A stretch of DNA of 64,000 nucleotides, taken from assembly GCA_001774945.1 (NCBI GenBank), contig MFBL01000043.1, forward strand, positions 2,782 to 66,781, written 5' to 3'. This DNA comes from Candidatus Curtissbacteria bacterium RIFCSPHIGHO2_12_FULL_41_17 (lineage in GTDB: Bacteria; Patescibacteriota; Microgenomatia; Curtissbacterales; GWA2-41-24). A model generated the notes under the pieces. The model worked only from the letters and a program-made list of their open reading frames with translations. It was not told the origin of the DNA and ran no database searches. The stretch's first letter is position 1. Each line of letters starts with the position of its first letter. Of the stretch, positions 19,404-28,025 are shown one piece after another. Position numbers and translations under genes: made by a program.

Positions 19404-20476
19404 AAATGAAGATTTTAATAACAGGAGCAGGTGGTAGCGCCTCGATAGGACTTACACGTTGCCTAAAAAATTATTTTCCTAAGGCTAAAATTATCGGTGT
19501 AGAGTCAGATTTATTCAATTCAGCATTATCAGAAACAAATAGTACGTATCTTATCCCGCGGGCCAGTGACAAGGATTATATTAAGGTGCTCAACCATATA
19601 ATTCTAAAGGAGAAAATAGATTTTTTATATCCTCAAACCGATTCTGAAATTTCAGCTATAGCAAAGAATATTAGAAAAATTCAGTGTAAGACACTAATCC
19701 CTTCCTTTAAAATCATTTCAACTTGTCAAAACAAATATAAACTCAATAAACACCTATTTGCAAAAGGAATTCCTGTTCCCAAGACCATTCTTATAAAAAC
19801 ATCCAGTGACCTAAAAAATGCCACCAAGTATAAACTTTTTTGGCTAAGAAATGTTACAGGTGCCGGTGCAAAGGGCGCGTTTTTGGCGGAAAATTTTGAA
19901 CAAGCAATCTGGTGGATAAATTTTCAAAATGGTTGGGGCCACTTTACCGCATCAGAATACATGCCTGAGGATAACTATGGATGCGATTTACTTTTTGCTG
20001 GGGGGAAGCTCGTCTTCTCTCAAATCAAAAGGAGACTTGAGTATGTACTCTCAAAAGCAAACATCGTAGGAATAACTGGAACCACGGGCATTCTCGAGAC
20101 TGTCTCAACAAAATTCGACCTCAATGATATTTCTGAAAGAGCAGTGACTCTACTTGATAACAATATTTCAGGCGCTTTCTCAGTTGATATAAAGTGTGAC
20201 TCACTTTCAAAACCATATGTGACAGAGATAAATCCAGGAAGATTTCTATCATCCTCGATGCATTTATTCGCAGAAACTAAATTTCCTGCTCCCGCATTAG
20301 TAATTCTTGTTGCAAACGACCAAAAATTACCCTCTTTTCCCAAAAGAAATCCAATAAAAGGTGGTACCATCCTGATAAGACAACTAGATCGTAAGCCAGC
20401 GACAGTAAATCTGAAAAATCACAACAGATTAAGAAAAAAGTTTGAAAGAAAACATTATGTCAAATTAGAAACATGA
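19400..20476 (+). CDS. ATP-grasp domain protein (carbamoyl-phosphate-synthase-like ligase/kinase fold).
   Basis: Has an N-terminal Rossmann-like ILITGAGGSASIGL pre-ATP-grasp region. The central block KHLFAKGIPVPKT...GAGAKGAFLAENFEQA is ATP-grasp-like. It overlaps the upstream gene by 4 bp. Confidence 0.5.
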   Translation: MKMKILITGAGGSASIGLTRCLKNYFPKAKIIGVESDLFNSALSETNSTYLIPRASDKDYIKVLNHIILKEKIDFLYPQTDSEISAIAKNIRKIQCKTLIPSFKIISTCQNKYKLNKHLFAKGIPVPKTILIKTSSDLKNATKYKLFWLRNVTGAGAKGAFLAENFEQAIWWINFQNGWGHFTASEYMPEDNYGCDLLFAGGKLVFSQIKRRLEYVLSKANIVGITGTTGILETVSTKFDLNDISERAVTLLDNNISGAFSVDIKCDSLSKPYVTEINPGRFLSSSMHLFAETKFPAPALVILVANDQKLPSFPKRNPIKGGTILIRQLDRKPATVNLKNHNRLRKKFERKHYVKLET

Positions 20477-21459
20477 TCAAGATTGCAGTTATCGGCCTAG
20501 GGTATATGGGGCAGGGGCACGTCCGAGTGCTTTCTTCACTATCAGAAGTTGATATAGTTGCAGTCTGCGATAAGGATTTTCAAAAAACAGAAAAAATATC
20601 AAAACAGTATAGAGTGAAACCGTACCGAAACTTTAAAAAACTTTTAAAAGAGGAAGAACTAGATGCTATCTCAATTTGTCTCCCCACATCGCTTCATTTC
20701 ATAGTTGCATCAAATGCAGCCAAAAAAGGAATTGCACTTTTTATCGAAAAACCAATATGTTCTAATTCCAAAGAAGCTAAGAAACTAATTGAGCTCGCTA
20801 GGTTTAAAAAAACTCCAATAATGGTGGGCCACATCGAAAGATTTAATCCAGTAGTCAACGAAATTAAACAGAGGATTAAATTAGGAGAGCTAGGGAGAAT
20901 CTTGCAAATTCATACCCAGAGATTTTCTCCCCCACCCGCAAGGGCATTCGACGTTTCTGCGGTTGTGGATTTAGCAACCCATGACATCGACATCATTCAA
21001 TATCTTCTTGACCAAAAACCCGTCAGAATTTACGCAGAGACTGACAACAAAGCTCACAGAAAAGAGGATTTAATGGCAGCGATTTTGAGGTTTAAAAATG
21101 GTGTAATCGGACTCGTTGAAGTGAGTTGGCTACATCCGACAAAAATTAGAAGGTTAACAGTTTTAGGTGAGAATGGAATGTATGTAGCAGATTATATTAC
21201 TCAAGAACTATTTTTTTACAGACAAAACGAGAATCTATTCAGAAAAAATAATATTTCTCCGACTACTCCTATTACACAAGCAGATATTGTCAAAATAGCC
21301 TTTCAAGCAAAAGAACCTCTTGAAATAGAACTCGAATCTTTTATTCAGGAACTTCTATCCGGGGCAAAGATGTCTGTCACAGCTGAAGATGGCTTAGTTG
21401 CTCTAACCTTGGCGGAGAAAATGATTAATTCTGGAACTTTCCATAAAGTTTTAAAATGA
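20473..21459 (+). CDS. Gfo/Idh/MocA-family NAD(P)-dependent oxidoreductase (WbpB-like sugar 3-dehydrogenase candidate).
   Basis: Carries IKIAVIGLGYMGQGH at the N-terminus and EKPICSNSKEAKKLIELA, the EKP motif of the family. Confidence 0.7.
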   Translation: MIKIAVIGLGYMGQGHVRVLSSLSEVDIVAVCDKDFQKTEKISKQYRVKPYRNFKKLLKEEELDAISICLPTSLHFIVASNAAKKGIALFIEKPICSNSKEAKKLIELARFKKTPIMVGHIERFNPVVNEIKQRIKLGELGRILQIHTQRFSPPPARAFDVSAVVDLATHDIDIIQYLLDQKPVRIYAETDNKAHRKEDLMAAILRFKNGVIGLVEVSWLHPTKIRRLTVLGENGMYVADYITQELFFYRQNENLFRKNNISPTTPITQADIVKIAFQAKEPLEIELESFIQELLSGAKMSVTAEDGLVALTLAEKMINSGTFHKVLK

Positions 21460-22733
21460 ATGCTGCGGTAATCGGATTAGGTTATGTAGGGCTACCACTT
21501 TCTATCAGGCTTGCTCAAACCGGTTTTGGAGTACTTGGTATTGATAAAGATCAAAAGAAGATTGAACTTTTAGGAAAAAATTTACTTCCTTTCGGTCTGA
21601 GAGAACCAAATTTGTTGAGTTTTTTTAAGCAAGCTCAAGTGAGTAAAAATTTAAAATTCACATCAACTTATGAAGAGATAAAAGATGTTGATATCATTTT
21701 CATCAGTGTTGATACACCAGTTGAAAAAAGACAACCAGATATCGCTTCTTTATTAGCGGCCACTAAGAGCATTGCAAAACATTTAAAAAAAAATCAGATA
21801 ATTGTCATTGAATCTACAGTTGCACCCAAAACAACTCAAGATTTAATTATTCCCCTACTTGAGAAGCTATCAAAGTTGAAGTTAAATCGAGACTTTTTCG
21901 TTGCGGTTGTTCCAGAAAGAATCCGTCCTAATTATATTTTTAAACAACTGACAACCTTGCCTAGAGTGATTGGAGTATCTGATCTTAGAATTAAGAAAGA
22001 ACTAAGAATAATTTATTCAAAAATAACTACTGGGAAGCTAAATTTTACAGACTTGGCTACCGCCGAAGTTGTCAAAACAGTAGAAAATGCCTATCGGGAT
22101 GTTAATATCGCCTTTGCCAATGAGATAGCACTTGCTTGCGAAGATCTAGGGGTAGACGTATGGAAAATCAGAGAACTTGTCAATAAGTCACCATGGCGAG
22201 ATATGCATAAACCAGGATCAGGGGTTGGCGGGCACTGCATTCCAAAAGATCCATGGCTTTTAGCGTCTTCTGTCAAAAAACACCAAATGAGGTTAATTGA
22301 AACAGCCAGAAGCATAAATGATAATATGCCTGCGCACATTTTTGCATTAGCGGAAGAAGCGCTCAAAGAAAAGAAAATCAAAATTGCCAGTGCAAATCTT
22401 GCCATACTCGGTTATGCATATGTTGGCAATTCAGACGACACCAGAAATTCTCCAACTGAATCGTTAATACAAATCCTAAAGAACAAAAAAGTTAAATATA
22501 AGGTTCATGACCCATACGTCAAAGATTTTTCAAATCACTCTGTAGAGATGACAGCAAAAGGGGCAGACGTTTTAATTATCATGGTAAACCATGACGTATA
22601 TAAAAAAATCAATTATAAAAAAGTTGCGAAAGTAATAAAAACGAAAATTATCATTGATGGCCGGAACTTGGTGCCGGCCGAACTTGTCAGAAAGTTGGGT
22701 TTTGTCTATAAGGGTGTTGGAAACACCAGTTAA
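21456..22733 (+). CDS. Nucleotide-sugar 6-dehydrogenase (UDP-glucose/GDP-mannose dehydrogenase family; WecC/WbpA-like).
   Basis: Carries MNAAVIGLGYVGLPLSIRLAQ, GVGGHCIPKDP with the catalytic Cys, and a C-terminal UDP-binding domain. Confidence 0.8.
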   Translation: MNAAVIGLGYVGLPLSIRLAQTGFGVLGIDKDQKKIELLGKNLLPFGLREPNLLSFFKQAQVSKNLKFTSTYEEIKDVDIIFISVDTPVEKRQPDIASLLAATKSIAKHLKKNQIIVIESTVAPKTTQDLIIPLLEKLSKLKLNRDFFVAVVPERIRPNYIFKQLTTLPRVIGVSDLRIKKELRIIYSKITTGKLNFTDLATAEVVKTVENAYRDVNIAFANEIALACEDLGVDVWKIRELVNKSPWRDMHKPGSGVGGHCIPKDPWLLASSVKKHQMRLIETARSINDNMPAHIFALAEEALKEKKIKIASANLAILGYAYVGNSDDTRNSPTESLIQILKNKKVKYKVHDPYVKDFSNHSVEMTAKGADVLIIMVNHDVYKKINYKKVAKVIKTKIIIDGRNLVPAELVRKLGFVYKGVGNTS

Positions 22734-23872
22734 TGAAAAAATATTTTCTATTAGGACTGCTTATAAAATTCCTCTTTGTAGTCTTTACTTTTCACTTGGA
22801 CACCTTATTTATTTGGGAAAGACCGGCACATTTTATTCAAAATTTACATACAATCAGTTCCTATTACGGGCCGTTAACATACATTACCTTCGGTATGCTT
22901 TCACCGATTTATTTCCTAAGCCAGAACATCGGGTATTGGATATTAAAAATCCCTTACTTGTTTGTGGACATTTATATACTTTATTTATTGTTGAAAATGT
23001 CACCTAAAGCTATTCATAAAAAGGTCCTTGTCTTTTGGTGGCTGAACCCCATTGTCATATTCTCGACGTATGCGATGGGGCAATTAGACATAATTTTATC
23101 TTTGTGCGTGGTGCTTTCCGTGTATGTTGCCAAGAGACACCATGTCTTTTCAATCTTATCTCTTGGAGCAGGTGTGGCATATAAAACAATGACCCTGCCG
23201 CTTCTTATTTCCTCATCACTAATTCTAGAAAAAAATTTAGTTAAAAGGATTGAAATGATAGCAATCGGGATATCTGTGCCACTGTTACTTGGGATACTAT
23301 TCTGGTTACCCTCGCACCAAAATATTTCAAATACCTATTTTCCAACAGGCATTATTTTCTATCCCAAATTGTCAATGACCCCGGACGCCATTTGGGAATA
23401 TTCGAGTTTATTTATAGGAATAATCGGCTTTTTTGCAGTCCAATACCTGCTGATTAAAAAGAAAATAGACATTTCTAATTTTGCGCACGTATTATTCGTC
23501 TCGCTTGCGTTCGTTATAATTGCCCTACCCATCTACTCGGTTTTTAGATATACGATATTAATGCCATTACTGGTACTCGTTTCATTAAAAGTGAAAAAAG
23601 CCTTAGTGCTAGCACTTATTCTAATTTTGCTGCCGCTTGGTTATCTATACATTTGGCCTCTCGAGTGGGGCTTAATCGCCCATATTTACCCTCAGGCTAA
23701 AAATTTACCGGCACTGCGCGAATGGGTTTCCCTAGTGGTAAATTACGAAAATGCAGCATTTTTATTCAGAGTTATTGCTGATAGCCTGATTTTCTATTTG
23801 GCAATCATATCACTTAAAAAAACGTTCCATCATAAAACTTTATCCAATCAAATAAGTGGCAACCATATTTAA
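22733..23872 (+). CDS. Polytopic membrane protein, possible GT-C/DUF2029-like glycosyltransferase or polymerase.
   Basis: Has about ten hydrophobic helices and no soluble domain. The family assignment is uncertain. Confidence 0.3.
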   Translation: MKKYFLLGLLIKFLFVVFTFHLDTLFIWERPAHFIQNLHTISSYYGPLTYITFGMLSPIYFLSQNIGYWILKIPYLFVDIYILYLLLKMSPKAIHKKVLVFWWLNPIVIFSTYAMGQLDIILSLCVVLSVYVAKRHHVFSILSLGAGVAYKTMTLPLLISSSLILEKNLVKRIEMIAIGISVPLLLGILFWLPSHQNISNTYFPTGIIFYPKLSMTPDAIWEYSSLFIGIIGFFAVQYLLIKKKIDISNFAHVLFVSLAFVIIALPIYSVFRYTILMPLLVLVSLKVKKALVLALILILLPLGYLYIWPLEWGLIAHIYPQAKNLPALREWVSLVVNYENAAFLFRVIADSLIFYLAIISLKKTFHHKTLSNQISGNHI

Positions 23873-25373
23873 ATACCAACTAACACTTTTAATTTTTCTC
23901 CTACTGCTGTGGAACATCTTCATGCCGATTTTTGAAGGTGCTGATGAAGAAGGCCATTTTTGTTCAGCCGACTACATTGCTCATAAAAATAAGTTACCAA
24001 ACTTGCTGATAAATGACGGTTGCTTTATATGGCATCCTCCCTTGTACTATCTTTATCTTTCTCCATTCATTAGATTATTTCACACGCCACAGCATACACC
24101 TTTTGATGTCAAAGAAAACCCCAAAGCATTCTTATTAAGAAAGGGGCAGTACGCCCAGTACGTTCATACGAAAAAAGAGATGACATTCAGATGGAATACT
24201 CTTCAGCTTATGGTACATGTGCTTCGCTTATTGACCTCATTTTTTGCCGTTTTAATATTTATCATTACCTGGAAAGCTGCCAGAAATATCTTTTCCGAAA
24301 AGTTAGCCCGGAATTTGTCTTTGCTTCTATTCTTTAACCCAATGTTTATTCATATATTCACGACATTAACAAACGTGACACTAGTAAGTTTAATCGCAAC
24401 AGTGGTGATCTTGATAGATCTTGCGCATGCAAAAGAGTCTAAAAGCCTAAAAGTCGTATTTATCCAAGGCCTGTTAATAGGTTTTGGTTACATTACAAAG
24501 ATTACTATTTTGTCTTTAATTCCCGTCTGGCTTATTTTAATGATTGTTGAACAGCATAAGTTTAAATACTCGTTAAGGTTACTTATCGGCAAAGTTTCCA
24601 TTTTTACAATTGGGTTTGCTTTAAGTGCCGGTTGGTATCTTGCCAGGAATTTAATGCTTTACGGCAATATTCTGGAAGTAAATGCACTGGCAAAAACATA
24701 TGGGGCAAGTGCCCACGATTTACTGCTGGAGCGTGTCGGCCTTTTAAATTATTTAAACAGCATTGCACTGACACTATTTAAAACCTTTTGGTCCGGCTAT
24801 GGATATTTAACAATAAGATTTCCCGAATTTGTGAACCTACCTTTGCTCATAGTTTTGTTATTAATAATTTATACAATCTATGTGAATTACAAAAAACTGA
24901 ACCGGGAATTAACAATTGCCCTTATTTACGCAGTCGGTGTGATTGGGGGTCTGGTCATTATGAACTTTAGGCTTTCCGCAATGCACGCAAAGGACCTTTT
25001 CCCTGCTTATATGCCTCTTGCGCTATTGTTTGGATACGGCTTGTTTCATGCTAAAGACACCATCAAGAAAGGCCGTTTACGATTTTTTACAATTGTAAGT
25101 TTAATTCTCGGTTCCTATCTTTTTGCGCAAGTGGAAATTGTAAAATTATTAAAGGCATTGTTTCAATTTCAGTGGGCTCCGGTAGTACCTCTTCTTTTGG
25201 CAATAGCTATAAAAACCGTTCTTGTTTTCGCGCTTGTTAAAATTGTTGTGAGCTTCATAGGTAAGGCGAAATTTGACCCAAAAAGCGTTGTTGTTCTTAC
25301 ATACCTCATTGCAATATTTGACATTTTCATCCTATTTTCAAGCGTTTATCTGTTATACAAAAGCTTCATTTAA
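23856..25373 (+). CDS. GT39-like (protein O-mannosyltransferase/ArnT-like) GT-C glycosyltransferase.
   Basis: The first loop, FEGADEEGHFCSADYIAHKNKLPNL...WHPPLYYL, resembles the PMT DE(x)HF...HPPL motif. The rest is polytopic. Confidence 0.55.
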   Translation: MATIFKYQLTLLIFLLLLWNIFMPIFEGADEEGHFCSADYIAHKNKLPNLLINDGCFIWHPPLYYLYLSPFIRLFHTPQHTPFDVKENPKAFLLRKGQYAQYVHTKKEMTFRWNTLQLMVHVLRLLTSFFAVLIFIITWKAARNIFSEKLARNLSLLLFFNPMFIHIFTTLTNVTLVSLIATVVILIDLAHAKESKSLKVVFIQGLLIGFGYITKITILSLIPVWLILMIVEQHKFKYSLRLLIGKVSIFTIGFALSAGWYLARNLMLYGNILEVNALAKTYGASAHDLLLERVGLLNYLNSIALTLFKTFWSGYGYLTIRFPEFVNLPLLIVLLLIIYTIYVNYKKLNRELTIALIYAVGVIGGLVIMNFRLSAMHAKDLFPAYMPLALLFGYGLFHAKDTIKKGRLRFFTIVSLILGSYLFAQVEIVKLLKALFQFQWAPVVPLLLAIAIKTVLVFALVKIVVSFIGKAKFDPKSVVVLTYLIAIFDIFILFSSVYLLYKSFI

Positions 25374-25374
25374 T

Positions 25375-26505
25375 CTAAAAAAGATTATTGTACCTTTCTA
25401 TAAGAATTGGGTTAACGCTATTTAAATCGAAGTTGTGAATTCTGGTCAATGACGGGACAATTAAAGCAAAAGTTAGAAGAAGAAGAATCGATAACACAAA
25501 AAACTTTCTTAAAGTCTCATTTTTCAAATCTATGGATTTGAAAACCGCAGACATACCCGCACCCGTAAAAGTTGCCAGTGGAGGCATTAAGGGCAAACTG
25601 TAATACTCGTGTGTGGAGACATGTCTGTTGAAAAACGCCGCGTATAAAATCGAAGCAAATAACCACGTTTTCCATAAAGCCATAGACTTTTCCCTCCAGC
25701 TGTAGAAAAGTCCTATTATAAAAAATAAAAGCCCGATTGTTGTAAGGGCGTTGATATGTAATATGTTAAATACAGATGTATAAAAACGGTAATCCAGAAA
25801 AAACAAAGGGTCAAACCAATTTAGTATGGCATAGGCCCCGCTATAACCTTCACCTTTCATTATCATTGATGCACGGATAGACCAGACGATAATTGGCATG
25901 AAAAAAATTAGATATTTTAAAATTCCCAATCGTATCTTTGTATGTTTCTTTAAGGTAAAGATAAGCCCAAATAGATAAAATGGCAGCTTGATAAACCCTG
26001 ATATCATCAAAAAGAAATAAGAAGAATAATAAATGGAAATAAGTAGAAACATAAGTGCAAGCTCATCCGGCTGATATGATCTGCTTACAAGTACATGTAG
26101 AGGAGAAAATACAAAAACAAGAAGAGCCGGGAAAAGTAACTTTTTGTCTGAATGTTTTAAAATTATGAGCGCGAAAAATATCGAACTTATCAAATAAGCA
26201 AATATAGAAACCAATCTGCCTAAAATAAGATTTTGCCCAAATGACGAATATAATCCTGCTGTAATTAGGTTATAAATAGGTAATTCCAGAACAAGCGGGG
26301 TAGGGTAGCCCTTTTCGTATCTTATTTTGGGAATCCAAAAGTCGTTCCAACCATTAGCATAAATATTTCTGGTTATTTCTGCCGTTTGCGTTTGCCTTTC
26401 CGGGAAATATTCCAAAATAGGTTGATTTATCCTATAGAACCTTAATGCTAATCCCGACAGAATAATTATAGTTACTAAAATGTTTCTTTCTAAGGTGGTC
26501 ATCAA
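25375..26505 (-). CDS. ArnT-like (GT83/GT39) membrane glycosyltransferase, short form.
   Basis: Carries YFPERQTQTAEITRNIYANGW, comparable to ArnT DETRYAEISREMLASGDW. The rest is polytopic. It converges on the upstream plus-strand gene, with the two stop codons 1 nt apart. Confidence 0.45.
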   Translation of the reverse strand: MMTTLERNILVTIIILSGLALRFYRINQPILEYFPERQTQTAEITRNIYANGWNDFWIPKIRYEKGYPTPLVLELPIYNLITAGLYSSFGQNLILGRLVSIFAYLISSIFFALIILKHSDKKLLFPALLVFVFSPLHVLVSRSYQPDELALMFLLISIYYSSYFFLMISGFIKLPFYLFGLIFTLKKHTKIRLGILKYLIFFMPIIVWSIRASMIMKGEGYSGAYAILNWFDPLFFLDYRFYTSVFNILHINALTTIGLLFFIIGLFYSWREKSMALWKTWLFASILYAAFFNRHVSTHEYYSLPLMPPLATFTGAGMSAVFKSIDLKNETLRKFFVLSILLLLTFALIVPSLTRIHNFDLNSVNPILIERYNNLF

Positions 26506-28025
26506 GAGTGAATTACATGTTCAATAAAATCAAAAATTTTTTGATATGAATCTTTACCAAACGCGTCACAGCAATTTTTAACGACCTTATCCTGAATTGA
26601 TCTTTGTTTGGCCAAAGCACGGGGATTGCCGATAAACTTAAGAATTACCCTGTCTATTTTGGGCAAAGATTTAATCGGCACATTCACCGCGGCACCGCTT
26701 TTCGTCATAAAATTACCATCAACCTCTTGGAGCCACGAGTTGTGAAAGAAAAAAAGAGGCTTTTTGTAAAGCATCGCCTGGAAACCTGCTGTGGTGGCCC
26801 CAGTAAGGACTATGTCGTTATTTTTAATATCATCAGCAAGGGGGTGTGTACTGAACCCGAAATTTGAAGGAAGATCAATTGCTTTAAAATCACCCCCCTT
26901 ATTATAAGATGGATGCGCCCTTACCGTTATTAGAAATCTATTTGGCAGTTTTGATAAACCATTAATCAAGTCTCTTGTCACTGTACCATTCTCTATAGAA
27001 CGAAAAATTGCTTCCGTTCCAAACGGCGGCGCCAAAAGAACTAGAATGCCTATTGTTTTCTTTTTCTGAATGGCAAAATCATTCTTACCCACAGCATATT
27101 TTTTTAGAAAAGGAGACCCTACTTCAATTTTAACTTGGCGCATATTCTTGACTATTTCTGCCTGCTGTTTGGACCACATAAGTTCATAATCGCTTCGGTA
27201 AAACTGGGCATCAGTTTCCCACAACCAAATACCATGTTGGATTTCGGCAGAAGGAATACCTAATTTGTGAGCCATCAAACAAAAAGCCGATCCCGTTAAG
27301 TCATTGCTTGTAGTAGTCAACAGTAAGCGTGCCGAACTTAAAGAAAGCAATTTATTTGCTAACGATAATAGGCTTACTATTTCCGGAAACTGCACCAGTC
27401 GCAAGAACCATAGTCGTTTTTTCCAGTAATGACTACCGAATGGATAAACACGTGGTGTACTGCGTTGCCCTCTAGAGACAAAATAAGCTAGATATTTAAG
27501 CCTGCTAAATCTGTCCAAAAAAGATAATCCGCTTTGGAAATCAAAATAATCAATGGACGATTTGGACAATTGCTTTTTAAAGTGTTCGTTAAGTTTACCA
27601 ACGACCAGAATATCATATTTCCTGTGCAAAAAAGTTATTAGACCAAAAAGCTCTTCAATATGTCTTCCGCTTCCCAAGATAATGAGAGGAAAAATTTTAG
27701 AAACTTGAACTTGCTTACGAGCGTGCATGGTATCTTTAACTAAATCATAAGTCCTAAATAATATTTCCAGTATTTTTTTAAATCTATTTGTGCCGCGATT
27801 AACAATTAGCGGATAATTTGCCCAGACATCCATTACTAACCCTGACTGATTTTCCAAATCAAACAGACAGGAGAGAAAGTAATGCTGAGAAAAAGCTTGC
27901 ACAGTCTCAATTGCCACGCCTTTAAACTTAAAGTTGAGTTTTGGGTAATATCTTGAAATCCAGGAGTTAGAAAGATTAGCAGAGAGACTGTAATTTTTCT
28001 TTGTCTCCTGATAAGACTTAGGCAT
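26502..28025 (-). CDS. Putative polysaccharide-biosynthesis transferase (TagF/KpsS Capsule_synth-like).
   Basis: The C-terminal half (ITVRAHPSYNKGG...IVLTGATTAGFQAMLYKKPLFFF) resembles CDP-glycerol glycerophosphotransferase / capsule synthesis proteins. The call is weak. Confidence 0.3.
   Translation of the reverse strand: MPKSYQETKKNYSLSANLSNSWISRYYPKLNFKFKGVAIETVQAFSQHYFLSCLFDLENQSGLVMDVWANYPLIVNRGTNRFKKILEILFRTYDLVKDTMHARKQVQVSKIFPLIILGSGRHIEELFGLITFLHRKYDILVVGKLNEHFKKQLSKSSIDYFDFQSGLSFLDRFSRLKYLAYFVSRGQRSTPRVYPFGSHYWKKRLWFLRLVQFPEIVSLLSLANKLLSLSSARLLLTTTSNDLTGSAFCLMAHKLGIPSAEIQHGIWLWETDAQFYRSDYELMWSKQQAEIVKNMRQVKIEVGSPFLKKYAVGKNDFAIQKKKTIGILVLLAPPFGTEAIFRSIENGTVTRDLINGLSKLPNRFLITVRAHPSYNKGGDFKAIDLPSNFGFSTHPLADDIKNNDIVLTGATTAGFQAMLYKKPLFFFHNSWLQEVDGNFMTKSGAAVNVPIKSLPKIDRVILKFIGNPRALAKQRSIQDKVVKNCCDAFGKDSYQKIFDFIEHVIHS

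Noticed and set aside
22654-23007. A 117-aa ORF overlapping the end of the dehydrogenase gene and the start of the membrane-protein gene.
   Set aside because: It sits in an alternative frame across a tight gene junction. It has no motif support and is likely spurious.
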